Assembly (NCBI GenBank): GCA_964016885.1
Contig: OZ024751.1
Location: 52,948,001-53,012,000 of the forward strand
DNA from: Eledone cirrhosa
Taxonomy: Eukaryota
Direction of reading: 5' to 3'
Length of the DNA: 64,000 nt
Shown here: positions 1-16,100 of the stretch, piece by piece
How the letters are laid out: every line of letters begins with the position of its first letter
Position numbering within the stretch: the stretch's first letter is position 1
Program-made: the position numbers and the translations under genes
The notes under the pieces: generated by a model
What the model was told of the DNA's origin: nothing
Database searches by the model: none
Seen by the model: the letters and a program-made list of their open reading frames with translations, nothing else

Positions 1-3000
1 AACAACTACATCAACAATTACAACAGCAACAACTACACCACCAACTACACCAACAATTACAACAGCAACAACTACACCAACAATTACAACAGCAACAACT
101 ACACCAACAATTACAACAGCAACAACTACATCAACAATTACAACAGCAACAACTACACCAACAATTACAACAGCAACAACTACACCAACAATTACAACAG
201 CAACAACTACACCAACAATTACAACAGCAACAACTACATCAACAATTACAACAGCAACAACTACACCAACAATTACAACAGCAACAACTACACCAACAAT
301 TACAACAGCAACAACTACACCAACAATTACAACAGCAACAACTACATCAACAACTACACCAACAATTACAACAGCAACAACTACACCAACAATTATAACA
401 GCAACAACTACACCAACAATTACAACAGCAAACACTACATCAACAACTACACCAACAATTACAACAGCAACAACTACACCAACAATTACAACAGCAACAA
501 CTACATCAACAACTACACCAACAATTACAACAGCAACAACTACACCAACAATTACAACAGCAACAACTACACCAACAACTACACCAACAATTACAACAGC
601 AAACACTACATCAACAACTACACCAACAATTACAACAGCAACAACTACACCAACAATTACAACAGCAACAACTACATCAACAACTACACCAACAATTACA
701 ACAGCAACAACTACACCAACAATTACAACAGCAACAACTACATCAACAACTACACCAACAATTACAACAGCAACAACTACACCAACAATTACAACAGCAA
801 CAACTACATCAACAATTACAACACCAACAACTACATCAACAATTACAACACCAACAACTACACCAACAATTACAACAGCAACAACTACACCAACAACTAC
901 ACCAACAATTACAACAGCAACAAATACACCAACAATTACAACAGCAACAACTACACCAACAATTACAACAGCAACAACTACATCAACAATTACAACAGCA
1001 ACAACTACACCAACAATTACAACAGCAACAACTACACCAACAAATACAGCAGCAACAACTACATTAACAACTACACCAACAATTACAACAGCAACAATTA
1101 GACCAACAATTACAACACCAACAACTACACCAACAATTACAACAGCAAACACTACATCAACAACTACACCAACAATTACAACACCAACAACCACACCAAC
1201 AATTACAACAGCAACAACTACACCAACAATTACAACAGCAACAACTACACCAACAACTACATCAACAATTACAACACCAACAACTACATCAACAATTACA
1301 ACACCAACAACTACACCAACAATTACAACAGCAACAACTACACCAACAATTACAACAGCAACAACTACATCAACAATTACAACACCAACAACTACACCAA
1401 CAATTACAACAGCAACAACTACACCAACAATTACAACAGCAACAACTACACCAACAATTACAACAGCAACAACTACAGCAACAACTACAGCATCAACTAC
1501 ACCAACAATTACAACAGCAACAACTACACCAACAATTACAACAGCAACAACTACAGCAAGAACTACACCAACAATTACAAGAGCAACAACTACATCAACA
1601 ATTACAACAGCAACAACTACATCAACAACTACACCAACAATTACAACACCAACAATTACAACAGCAACAACTACATCAACAAATACACCAACGATTACAA
1701 CAATTACAACAGCAACAACTACACCAACAATTACAACAGCAACAACTACACCAACAATTACAACAGCAACAACTACACCAACAATTACAACAGCAACAAC
1801 TACACCTACAATTACAACAGCAACAACTACACCAACAACTACAACAGCAACAACTACATCAACAATTACAACAGCAACAACTACATCAACAACTACACCA
1901 ACAATTACGACACCAACAATTACAACAGCAACAACTACATCAACAACTACACCAACGATTACAACAGCAACAACTACAACAATTACAACAGCAACAACTA
2001 CATCAACAATTACAACATCAACAACTACATCAACAATTACAACAGCAACAACTACATCAACAATTACAACATCAACAACTACATCAACAATTACAACAGA
2101 AACAACTACATCAACAACTATACCAACGATTACAACAGCAACAACTACATCAACAATTACAACACCAACAACTACATCAACAATTACAACAGCAACAACT
2201 ACATCAACAATTACAACATCAACAACTACATCAACAATTACAACAGAAACAACTACATCAACAACTATACCAACGATTACAACAGCAACAACTACATCAA
2301 CAATTACAACACCAACAACTACATCAACAATTACAACAGCAACAACTACATCAACAATTACAACAGCAGCAACTACACCAACAATTACAACAGCAACAAC
2401 TACATCAACAACTACACCAACAATTACAACAGCAACAACTACATCAACAATTACAACAGCAACAACTACACCAACAATTACAACAGCAACAACTACATCA
2501 ACAATTACAACAGCAACAACTACATCAACAATTACAACAGCAACAACTACATCAACAATTACAACAGCAACAACTACACCAACAATTACAACAGCAACAA
2601 CTACACCAACAATTACAACAGCAACAACTACATCAACAATTACAACAGCAACAACTACACCAACAATTACAACAGCAACAACTACACCAACAATTACAAC
2701 AGCAACAACTACATCAATAATTACAACAGCAACAACTACACCAACAATTACAACAGCAACAACTACACCAACAATTACAACAGCAACAACTGCATCAACA
2801 ATTACAACAGCAACAACTACACCAACAATTACAACATCAACAACTACATCAACAATTACATGAACAACAACTACACCAACAATTACAACAGCAACAACTA
2901 CATCAACAATTACAACAGCAACAACTACATCAACAATTACAACAGCAACAACTACACCAACAATTACAACAGCAACAACTACATCAACAATTACAGCAGC

Positions 3001-6000
3001 AACAACTACACCAACAATTACAACAGCAACAACTACACCAACAATTACAACAGCAACAAATACATCAACAATTACAACATCAACAACTACACCAACAATT
3101 ACAACAGCAACAACTACACCAACAAATACAACAGCAACAACTACACCAACAATTTCAACAGCAACAACTACACCAACAATTACAACAGCAACAACTACAC
3201 CAACAATTACAACATCAACAACTACATCAACAATTACATGAACAACAACTACACCAACAATTACAACAGCAACAACTACATCAACAATTACAACAGCAAC
3301 AACTACATCAACAATTACAACAGCAACAACTACACCAACAATTACAACAGCAACAACTACACCAACAAATACAACAGCAACAACTACACCAACAATTTCA
3401 ACAGCAACAACTACACCAACAATTACAACAGCAACAACTACATCAACAATTACAACAGCAACAACTACACCAACAATTACAACAGCAACAACTACACCAA
3501 CAAATACAACAGCAACAACTACACCAACAATTTCAACAGCAACAACTACACCAACAATTACAACAGCAACAACTACATCAACAATTACAACAGCAACAAC
3601 TACATCAACAATTACAGCAGCAACAACTACACCAACAATTACAACAGCAACAACTACACCAACAATTACAACAGCAACAAATACACCAACAATTACAACA
3701 GCAACAACTACACCAACAAATACAACAGCAACAACTACACCAACAATTTCAACAGCAACAACTACACCAACAATTACAACAGCAACAACTACATCAACAA
3801 TTACAAGAGCAACAACTACATCAACAATTACAACAGCAACAACTACATCAACAACTACACCAACAATTACAACAGCAACAATTAGATCAACAATTACAAC
3901 AGCAACAACTACATCAACAACTACACCAACAATTACAACAGCAACAACTACATCAACAACTACACCAACAATTACAACATCAACAACTACATCAACAATT
4001 ACAACAGCAACAACTACACCAACAATTACAACAGCAACAACTACACCAACAATTACAACAGCAACGACTACACCAACAATTACAACAGCAACAACTACAC
4101 CAACAATTACAACAGCAACAACTACACCAACAATTACAACAGCAACAACTACACCAACAATTACAACAGCAACAACTACATCAACAATTACAACAGCAAC
4201 AACTACATCAACAACTACACCAACAATTACAACACCAACAATTACAACAGCAACAACTACATCAACAACTACACCAACGATTACAACAGCAACAACTACA
4301 CCAACAATTACAACAGCAACAACTACATCAACAATTACAACATCAACAACTACATCAACAATTACAACAGCAACAACTACACCAACAATTACAACAGCAA
4401 CAACTACATCAACAATTACAACAGAAACAACTACATCAACAACTACACCAACGATTACAACAGCAACAACTACACCAACAATTACAACAGCAACAACTAC
4501 ATCAACAATTACAACAGCAGCAACTACACCAACAATTACAACAGCAACAACTACATCAACAACTACACCAACAATTACAACAGCAACAACTACATCAACA
4601 ATTACAACAGTAACAACTACACCAACAATTACAACAGCAACAACTACATCAACAATTACAACAGCAACAACTACATCAACAATTACAACAGCAACAACTA
4701 CACCAACAATTACAACAGCAACAACTACATCAACAATTACAACAGCAACAACTACACCAACAATTACAACAGCAACAACTACACCAACAATTACAACAGC
4801 AACAACTACGTCAATAATTACAACAGCAACAACTACACCAACAATTACAACATCAACAACTACATCAACAATTACATGAACAACAACTACACCAACAATT
4901 ACAACAGCAACAACTACATCAACAATGGCAACAGCAACAACTACACCAACAATTACAACAGCAACAACTACATCAACAATTACAACAGCAACAACTACAC
5001 CAACAATTACAACAGCAACAACTACATCAACAATTACAGCAGCAACAACTACACCAACAATTACAACAGCAACAACTACACCAACAATTACAACAGCAAC
5101 AAATACATCAACAATTACAACATCAACAACTACACCAACAATTACAACAGCAACAACTACACCAACAATTTCAACAGCAACAACTACATCAACAATTACA
5201 ACAGCAACAACTACATCAACAATTACAACAGCAACAACTACACCAACAATTACAACATCAACAACTACACCAACAATTACAACAGCAACAACTACACCAA
5301 CAATTACAACAGCAACAACTACATCAACAATTACAACATCAACAACTACACCAACAATTACAACAGCAACAACTACACCAACAATTACAACAGCAACAAC
5401 TACACCAACAATTTCAACAGCAACAACTACATCAACAACTACATCAACAACAACTACATCAACAATTACAACAGCAACAACTACATCAACAATTACAACA
5501 GCAACAACTACACCAACAATTACAACAGCAACAACTACATCAACAATTACAACAGCAACAACTACACCAATAACTACACCAACAATTACAACAGCAACAA
5601 CTACACCAACAAATACAACAGCAACAACTACACCAACAATTACAACAGCAACAACTACATCAACAATTACAACAGCAACAACTACACCAACAATTACAAC
5701 AGCAACAACTACGCCAACAATTACAACAGCAACAACTACACCAACAATTACAACAGCAACAACTACACCAACAATTACAACAGCAACAACTACATCAACA
5801 ATTACAACAGCAACAACTACACCAACAATTACAACAGCAACAACTACGCCAACAATTACAACAGCAACAACTACACCAACAATTACAACAGCAACAACTA
5901 CACCAACAATTACAACAGCAACAACTACACCAACAATTACAACAGCAACAACTACACCAACAATTACAACAGCAACAACTACACCAACAATTACAACAGC

Positions 6001-9000
6001 AACAACTACATCAACAACTACACCAACAATTACAACAGCAACAACTACATCAACAACTACACCAACAATTACAACAGCAAACACTACATCAACAACTACA
6101 CCAACAATTACAACAGCAACAACTACACCAACAATTACAACAGCAACAACTACACCAACAATTACAACAGCAACAACTACATCAACAATTACAACACCAA
6201 CAACTACACCAACAATTACAACACCAACAACTACACCAACAATTACAACAGCAACAACTACACCAACAATTACAACAGCAATAACTACATCAACAATTAC
6301 AACAGCAACAACTACACCACCAACTACACCAACAATTACAACAGCAACAACTACACCAACAATTACAACAGCAACAACTTCACCAACAATTACAACAGCA
6401 ACAACTACATCAACAATTACAACAGCAACAACTACACCAACAATTACAACAGCAACAACTACACCAACAATTACAACAGCAACAACTACACCAACAATTA
6501 CAACAGCAACAACTACATCAACAATTACAACAGCAACAACTACACCAACAATTACAACAGCAACAACTACACCAACAATTACACAGCAACAACAACACCA
6601 ACAATTACAACAGCAAACACTACATCAACAACTACACCAACAATTACAACAGCAACAACTACACCAACAATTACAACAGCAACAACTACATCAACAACTA
6701 CACCAACAATTACAACAGCAACAACTACACCAACAATTACAACAGCAACAACTACATCAACAACTACACCAACAATTACAACAGCAACAACTACACCAAC
6801 AATTACAACAGCAACAACTACATCAACAACTACACCAACAATTACAACAGCAACAACTACACCAACAATTACAACAGCAACAACTACATCAACAATTACA
6901 ACACCAACAACTACATCAACAATTACAACACCAACAACTACACCAACAATTACAACAGCAACAACTACATCAACAATTACAACACCAACAATTACAACAG
7001 CAACAACTACACCAACAATTACAACAGCAACAACTACACCAACAATTACAACAGCAACAACTACAGCAACAACTACAGCATCAACTACACCAACAATTAC
7101 AACAGCAACAACTACACCAACAATTACAACAGCAACAACTACAGCAAGAACTACACCAACAATTACAACAGCAACAACTATACCAACAACTACAACAGCA
7201 ACAACTACATCAACAATTTCAACAGCAACAACTACACCAACAATTACAACAGCAACAACTACACCAACAATTACAACAGCAACAACTACACCAACAATTG
7301 CAACAGCAACAACTACACCAACAATTACAACAGCAACAACTACATCAACAATTTCAACAGCAACAACTACACCAACAATTACAACAGCAACAACTACACC
7401 AACAATTACAACAGCAACAACTACACCAACAATTACAACAACAACAACAATAGCAACTACAACTACCACAGCAGCCACATCAACACCAGCAATCACAATA
7501 ATCACAGCCACAACAAAACCCACAACAGCAACCATAACAATAACAGTAACCATAAAAACTACAGCATCAACCATAACAACCACAACAACTAAAACAACAG
7601 TAGCAACTACAACAGCAAACACAACAACTGCAGACACAATAACCACAACAAAACTCACAACAGCAACTATAACAACCACAACAGCAATAACAGTTACAAC
7701 CACAACAGCAATCATAAAACTCACAACAACATGGTCTACACAGTTTTATGATAAATAAACAATGCCTGGTATTTTTCACACTATTCTTTCTTTCTCCTCC
7801 GTTGTCTGACAACACCAACAATTACAACAGCAAACACTACATCAACAACTACACCAACAATTACAACAGCAACAACTACACCAACAATTACAACAGCAAC
7901 AACTACACCAACAATTACAACAGCAACAACTACACCAACAACTACACCAACAATTACAACAGCAAACACTACATCAACAACTACACCAACAATTACAACA
8001 GCAACAACTACACCAACAATTACAACAGCAACAACTACATCAACAACTACACCAACAATTACAACAGCAACAACTACACCAACAATTACAACAGCAACAA
8101 CTACATCAACAACTACACCAACAATTACAACAGCAACAACTACACCAACAATTACAACAGCAACAACTACACCAACAACTACATCAACAATTACAACACC
8201 AACAACTACATCAACAATTACAACACCAACAACTACACCAACAATTACAACAGCAACAACTACATCAACAATTACAACACCAACAATTACAACAGCAACA
8301 ACTACACCAACAATTACAACAGCAACAACTACACCAACAATTACAACAGCAACAACTACAGCAACAACTACAGCATCAACTACACCAACAATTACAACAG
8401 CAACAACTACACCAACAATTACAACAGCAACAACTACACCAACAATTACAACAGCAACAACTACACCAACAATTACAACAGCAACAACTACATCAACAAT
8501 TTCAACAGCAACAACTACATCAACAATTACTACAGCAACAACTACTCCAACAATTACAACAGCAACAACTACACCAACAATTACAACAGCAACAACTACA
8601 TCAACAATTACTACAGCAACAACTACACCAACAATTACAACAGCAACAACTACACCAACAATTACAACAGCAACAACTACACCAACAATTACAACAGCAA
8701 CAACTACACCAACAACTACACCAACAATTACAACAGCAAACACTACATCAACAACTACACCAACAATTACAACAGCAACAACTACACCAACAATTACAAC
8801 AGCAACAACTACATCAACAACTACACCAACAATTACAACAGCAACAACTACACCAACAATTACAACAGCAACAACTACATCAACAACTACACCAACAATT
8901 ACAACAGCAACAACTACACCAACAATTACAACAGCAACAACTACACCAACAACTACATCAACAATTACAACACCAACAACTACATCAACAATTACAACAC

Positions 9001-10042
9001 CAACAACTACACCAACAATTACAACAGCAACAACTACATCAACAATTACAACACCAACAATTACAACAGCAACAACTACACCAACAATTACAACAGCAAC
9101 AACTACACCAACAATTACAACAGCAACAACTACAGCAACAACTACAGCATCAACTACACCAACAATTACAACAGCAACAACTACACCAACAATTACAACA
9201 GCAACAACTACAGCAAGAACTACACCAACAATTACAACAGCAACAACTACACCAACAATTACAACAGCAACAACTACATCAACAATTTCAACAGCAACAA
9301 CTACATCAACAATTACTACAGCAACAACTACTCCAACAATTACAACAGCAACAACTACACCAACAATTACAACAGCAACAACTACATCAACAATTACTAC
9401 AGCAACAACTACACCAACAATTACAACAGCAACAACTACACCAACAATTACAACAGCAACAACTATACCAACAACTACAACAGCAACAACTACATCAACA
9501 ATTTCAACAGCAACAACTACACCAACAATTACAACAGCAACAACTACACCAACAATTACAACAGCAACAACTACACCAACAATTACAACAGCAACAACTA
9601 CACCAACAATTGCAACAGCAACAACTACACCAACAATTACAACAGCAACAACTACATCAACAATTTCAACAGCAACAACTACACCAACAATTACAACAGC
9701 AACAACTACACCAACAATTACAACAGCAACAACTACACCAACAATTACAACAACAACAACAATAGCAACTACAACTACCACAGCAGCCACATCAACACCA
9801 GCAATCACAATAATCACAGCCACAACAAAACCCACAACAGCAACCATAACAATAACAGTAACCATAAAAACTACAGCATCAACCATAACAACCACAACAA
9901 CTAAAACAACAGTAGCAACTACAACAGCAAACACAACAACTGCAGACACAATAACCACAACAAAACTCACAACAGCAACTATAACAACCACAACAGCAAT
10001 AACAGTTACAACCACAACAGCAATCATAAAACTCACAACAAC
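1..10042. repeat. 27-bp minisatellite/satellite array (AACAACTACA[C/T]CAACAATTACAACAGC)n built from 12-nt and 15-nt modules, with degenerate (ACA)n tails
   Basis: Unit read directly. The array starts before the window. It decays into degenerate ACA-rich sequence at ~7440-7730 and ~9750-10042 and is interrupted by ~80 bp of non-repeat sequence at ~7731-7809. Confidence 0.97.
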
Positions 10043-10121
10043 ATGGTCTACACAGTTTTATGATAAATAAACAATGCCTGGTATTTTTCACACTATTCTT
10101 TCTTTCTCCTCCGTTGTCTGA
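6592..10121. repeat. Tandem segmental duplication of the end of the 27-bp array, including its unique flank
   Basis: The ~370-bp tail (ACAACAATAGCAACTAC...TTCTCCTCCGTTGTCTGA) occurs at ~7441-7809 and again 2312 bp later (ORF ends 7724 vs 10036). Both blocks begin with the same rare variant ACAACACCAACAATTACAACAGCAAACACTAC (~6592 and ~7809). Confidence 0.85.
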
Positions 10122-10135
10122 ACAATTTTGCACTG

Positions 10136-13100
10136 TTGTTTCCGTCTATAACACACTTTCCTCTCAGCCTTTATTTCCCTGTGTTTCTCTCTATAACACA
10201 CTTTCCTCTCAGCCTTTATTTCCGTGTTTCTCTCTATAACACACTTTGCTCTCAGCCTTTATTTCCCTGTGTTTCTCTCTATAACACACTTTCCTCTCAG
10301 CCTTTATTTCCCTGTGTTTCTCTCTATAACACACTTTCCTCTCAGCCTTTATTTCCCTGTGTTTCTCTCTATAACACACTTTCCTCTCAGCCTTTATTTC
10401 CCTGTATTTCTCTCTATAACACACTTTCCTCTCAGCCTTTATTTCCCTGTTTCTCTCTATAACACACTTGTGTCTCAGCCTTTATTTCCCTGTGTTTCCC
10501 TCTATAACACAATTTCCTCTCAGCCTTTATTTCCCGGTGTTTCTCTCCATAACACACTTTCCTCTCAGCCTTTATTTCCCTGTTTCCCTCTATAACACAC
10601 TTTCCTCTCAGCCTTTGTTTCCCTGTGTTTCCCTCTATAACACAATTTCCTCTCAGCCTTTATTTCCCTGTGTTTCTCTCCATAACACACTTTCCTCTCA
10701 GCCTTAATTTCCCTGTGTTTCTCTCTATAACACACTTTCCTCTCAGCCTTTATTTCCCTGTGTTTCCCTCTATAACACACTTGTGTCTCAGCCCTTATTT
10801 CCCTGTGTTTCCCTCTATAACACAATTTCCTCTCAGCCTTTATTTCCCTGTGTTTCTCTCTATAACACACTTTCCTCTCAGCCTTTATTTCCCTGTGTTT
10901 CTCTCTATAACACACTTTCCTCTCAGCCTTTATTTCCCTGTTTCTCTCTATAACACACTTTCCTCTCAGCCTTTATTTCCCTGTGTTTCTCTCTATAACA
11001 CACTTTCCTCTCAGCCTTTATTTCCCTGTGTTTCTCTCCATAACACACTTTCCTCTCAGCCTTTATTTCCCTGTGTTTCTCTCTATAACACACTTTCCTC
11101 TCGGCCTTTATTTCCCTGTGTTTCCCTCTATAACATACTTTCCTCTCAGCCTTTATTTCCCTGTGTTTCTCTCCATAACACACTTTCCTCTCAGCCTTTA
11201 TCTCCCTGTGTTTCTCTCTATAACACACTTTCCTCTCAGCCTTTATTTCCCTGTGTTTCTCTCTATAACACACTTTCCTCTCAGCCTTTATTTCCCTGTG
11301 TTTCCCTCTATAACACAATTTCCTCTCAGCCTTTATCTCCCTGTGTTTCTCTCTATAACACACTTTCCTCTCAGCCTTTATTTCCCTGTGTTTCCCTCTA
11401 TAACACAATTTCCTCTCAGCCTTTATCTCCCTGTGTTTCTCTCTATAACACACTTTCCTCTCAGCCTTTATTTCCCTGTGTTTCCCTCTATAACACACTT
11501 TGCTCTCAGCCTTTATTTCCCTGTGTTTCTCTCTATAACACTTTCCTCTCAGCCTTTATTTCCCCGTGTTTCCCTCTATAACACACTTTCCTCTCAGCCT
11601 TTATTTCCCCGTGTTTCTCTCTATAACACACTTTCCTCTCAGCCTTTATTTCCCTGAGTTTCTCTCTATACCACACTTTCCTCTCAGCCTTTATTTCCCT
11701 GTGTTTCTCTCCATAACACACTTTCCTCTCAGCCTTTATTTCCCTGTGTTTCTCTCTATAACACACTTTCCTCTCAGCCTTTATTTCCCTGTGTTTCCCT
11801 CTATAACACACTTGTGTCTCAGCCTTTATTTCCCTGTGTTTCCCTCTATAACACACTTGTGTCTCAGCCCTTATTTCCCTGTGTTTCCCTCTATAACACA
11901 ATTTCCTCTCAGCCTTTATTTCCCTGTGTTTCTCTCCATAACACACTTTCCTCTCACCCTTTCTTTCCCTGTGTTTCTCTCTATAACACACTTTCCTCTC
12001 AGCCTTTATTTCCCTGTGTTTCTCTCTATAACACACTTTCCTCTCAGCCTTTATTTCCCTGTGTTTCTCTCTATAACACACTTTCCTCTCAGCCTTCATT
12101 TCCCTGTGTTTCTCTCTATAACACACTTTCCTCTCAGCTTTTATTTCACTGTGTTTCTCTCCATAACACACTTTCCTCTCAGCCTTTATTTCTCTGTGTT
12201 TCTCTCTATAACACACTTTCCTCTCAGCCTTTATTTCCCTGTGTTTCTCTCCATAACACACTTTCCTCTCAGCCTTTATTTCCCTGTGTTTCTCTCTATA
12301 ACACACTTTCCTCTCAGCCTTTATTTCCCTGTGTTTCCCTCTATAACACACTTTCCTCTCAGCCTTTATTTCCCCGTGTTTCTCTCTATAACACACTTTC
12401 CTCTCAGCCTTTATTTCCCCGTGTTTCCCTCTATAACACACTTTCCTCTCAGTCTTTATTTCCCCGTGTTTCTCTCTATAACACACTTTCCTCTCAGCTT
12501 TATTTCCCCGTATTTCTCTCTATAACACACTTTCCTCTCAGCCTTTATTTCCCTGTGTTTCTCTCTATAACACACTTTCCTCTCAGCCTTTATTTCCCTG
12601 TGTTTCCCTCTATAACACACATTTTTCTCTCAGCCTTTATTTCCCTGTGTTTCCCTCTATAACACACTTTCCTCTCAGCCTTTATTTCCCTGTGTTTCTC
12701 TCTATAACACACTTTCCTCTCAGCCTTTATTTCCCTGTGTTTCCCTCTATAACACACTTTCCTCTCAGCCTTTATTTCCCCGTGTTTCTCTCTATAACAC
12801 ACTTTCCTCTCAGCCTTTATTTCCCCGTGTTTCCCTCTATAACACACTTTCCTCTCAGCCTTTATTTCCCTGTGTTTCTCTCTATAACACACTTGTCTCT
12901 CAGCCTTTATTTCCCTGTGTTTCCCTCTATAACACACTTTCCTCTCAGCCTTTATTTCCCTGTGTTTCTCTCCATAACACACTTTCCTCTCAGCCTTTAT
13001 TTCCCTGTGTTTCTCTCTATAACACACTTTCCTCTCAGCCTTTATTTCCCTGTGTTTCTCTCTATAACACACTTTCCTCTCAGCCTTTATTTCCCTGTGT

Positions 13101-16100
13101 TTCCCTCTATAACGCACTTTCCTCTCAGCCTTTATTTCCCCGTGTTTCTCTCTATAACACACTTTCCTCTCAGCCTTTATTTCCCTGTGTTTCTCTCTAT
13201 AACACACTTTCCTCTCGGCCTTTATTTCCCTGTGTTTCCCTCTATAACATACTTTCCTCTCAGCCTTTATTTCCCTGTGTTTCTCTCCATAACACACTTT
13301 CCTCTCAGCCTTTATCTCCCTGTGTTTCTCTCTATAACACACTTTCCTCTCAGCCTTTATTTCCCTGTGTTTCTCTCTATAACACACTTTCCTCTCAGCC
13401 TTTATTTCCCTGTGTTTCCCTCTATAACACAATTTCCTCTCAGCCTTTATCTCCCTGTGTTTCTCTCTATAACACACTTTCCTCTCAGCCTTTATTTCCC
13501 TGTGTTTCCCTCTATAACACAATTTCCTCTCAGCCTTTATCTCCCTGTGTTTCTCTCTATAACACACTTTCCTCTCAGCCTTTATTTCCCTGTGTTTCCC
13601 TCTATAACACACTTTGCTCTCAGCCTTTATTTCCCTGTGTTTCTCTCTATAACACTTTCCTCTCAGCCTTTATTTCCCCGTGTTTCCCTCTATAACACAC
13701 TTTCCTCTCAGCCTTTATTTCCCCGTGTTTCTCTCTATAACACACTTTCCTCTCAGCCTTTATTTCCCTGAGTTTCTCTCTATACCACACTTTCCTCTCA
13801 GCCTTTATTTCCCTGTGTTTCTCTCCATAACACACTTTCCTCTCAGCCTTTATTTCCCTGTGTTTCTCTCTATAACACACTTTCCTCTCAGCCTTTATTT
13901 CCCTGTGTTTCCCTCTATAACACACTTGTGTCTCAGCCTTTATTTCCCTGTGTTTCCCTCTATAACACACTTGTGTCTCAGCCCTTATTTCCCTGTGTTT
14001 CCCTCTATAACACAATTTCCTCTCAGCCTTTATTTCCCTGTGTTTCTCTCCATAACACACTTTCCTCTCACCCTTTCTTTCCCTGTGTTTCTCTCTATAA
14101 CACACTTTCCTCTCAGCCTTTATTTCCCTGTGTTTCTCTCTATAACACACTTTCCTCTCAGCCTTTATTTCCCTGTGTTTCTCTCTATAACACACTTTCC
14201 TCTCAGCCTTCATTTCCCTGTGTTTCTCTCTATAACACACTTTCCTCTCAGCTTTTATTTCACTGTGTTTCTCTCCATAACACACTTTCCTCTCAGCCTT
14301 TATTTCTCTGTGTTTCTCTCTATAACACACTTTCCTCTCAGCCTTTATTTCCCTGTGTTTCTCTCCATAACACACTTTCCTCTCAGCCTTTATTTCCCTG
14401 TGTTTCTCTCTATAACACACTTTCCTCTCAGCCTTTATTTCCCTGTGTTTCCCTCTATAACACACTTTCCTCTCAGCCTTTATTTCCCCGTGTTTCTCTC
14501 TATAACACACTTTCCTCTCAGCCTTTATTTCCCCGTGTTTCCCTCTATAACACACTTTCCTCTCAGTCTTTATTTCCCCGTGTTTCTCTCTATAACACAC
14601 TTTCCTCTCAGCTTTATTTCCCCGTATTTCTCTCTATAACACACTTTCCTCTCAGCCTTTATTTCCCTGTGTTTCTCTCTATAACACACTTTCCTCTCAG
14701 CCTTTATTTCCCTGTGTTTCCCTCTATAACACACATTTTTCTCTCAGCCTTTATTTCCCTGTGTTTCCCTCTATAACACACTTTCCTCTCAGCCTTTATT
14801 TCCCTGTGTTTCTCTCTATAACACACTTTCCTCTCAGCCTTTATTTCCCTGTGTTTCCCTCTATAACACACTTTCCTCTCAGCCTTTATTTCCCCGTGTT
14901 TCTCTCTATAACACACTTTCCTCTCAGCCTTTATTTCCCCGTGTTTCCCTCTATAACACACTTTCCTCTCAGCCTTTATTTCCCTGTGTTTCTCTCTATA
15001 ACACACTTGTCTCTCAGCCTTTATTTCCCTGTGTTTCCCTCTATAACACACTTTCCTCTCAGCCTTTATTTCCCTGTGTTTCTCTCCATAACACACTTTC
15101 CTCTCAGCCTTTATTTCCCTGTGTTTCTCTCTATAACACACTTTCCTCTCAGCCTTTATTTCCCTGTGTTTCTCTCTATAACACACTTTCCTCTCAGCCT
15201 TTATTTCCCTGTGTTTCCCTCTATAACGCACTTTCCTCTCAGCCTTTATTTCCCCGTGTTTCTCTCTATAACACACTTTCCTCTCAGCCTTTATTTCCCC
15301 GTGTTTCCCTCTATAACACACTTGTCTCTCAGTCTTTATTTCCCTGTGTTTCCCTCTATAACACAATTTCCTCTCAGCCTTTATTTCCCTGTGTTTCTCT
15401 CTATAACACAGTTTCCTCTCAGCCTTTATTTCCCTGTGTTTCTCTCTATAACACACTTTCCTCTCAGCCTTTATTTCCCTGTGTTTCCCTCTATAACACA
15501 CTTTCCTCTCAGCCTTTATTTCCCTGTGTTTCCCTCTATAACACACTTTCCTCTCAGCCTTTATTTCCCTGTAGTTTCTCTCTATAACACACTTTCCTCT
15601 CAGCCTTTATTTCCATGTGTTTCTCTCTACAACACACTTTCCTCTCAGCCTTTATTTCCCTGTGTTTCTCTCTATAACACACTTTCCTCTCAGCCTTTAT
15701 TTCCCTGTGTTTCCCTCTATAACACACTTTCCTCTCAGCCTTTATTTCCCTGTGTTTCCCTCTATAACACACTTTCCTCTCAGCCTTTATTTCCCTGTGT
15801 TTCTCTCTATAACACACTTTCCTCTCAGCCTTTATTTCCCTGTGTTTCTCTCTATAACACACTTTCCTCTCAGCCTTTATTTCCCTGTGTTTCTCTCTAT
15901 AACACACTTTCCTCTCAGCCTTCATTTCCCTGTGTTTCTCTCTATAACACACTTTCCTCTCAGCCTTTATTTCCCTGTGTTTCTCTCTATAACACACTTT
16001 CCTCTCAGCTTTTATTTCCCTGTGTTTCTCTCCATAACACACTTTCCTCTCAGCCTTTATTTCACTGTGTTTCTCTCTATAACACACTTTCCTCTCGGCC

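Noticed and set aside
2860-10036. Long Asn/Tyr-rich, Gln-rich and Val-rich ORFs (prion-like, polyQ, membrane-like)
   Set aside because: They are alternative frames of a 27-bp repeat; starts and stops come from sporadic point variants, with no splice or domain context.
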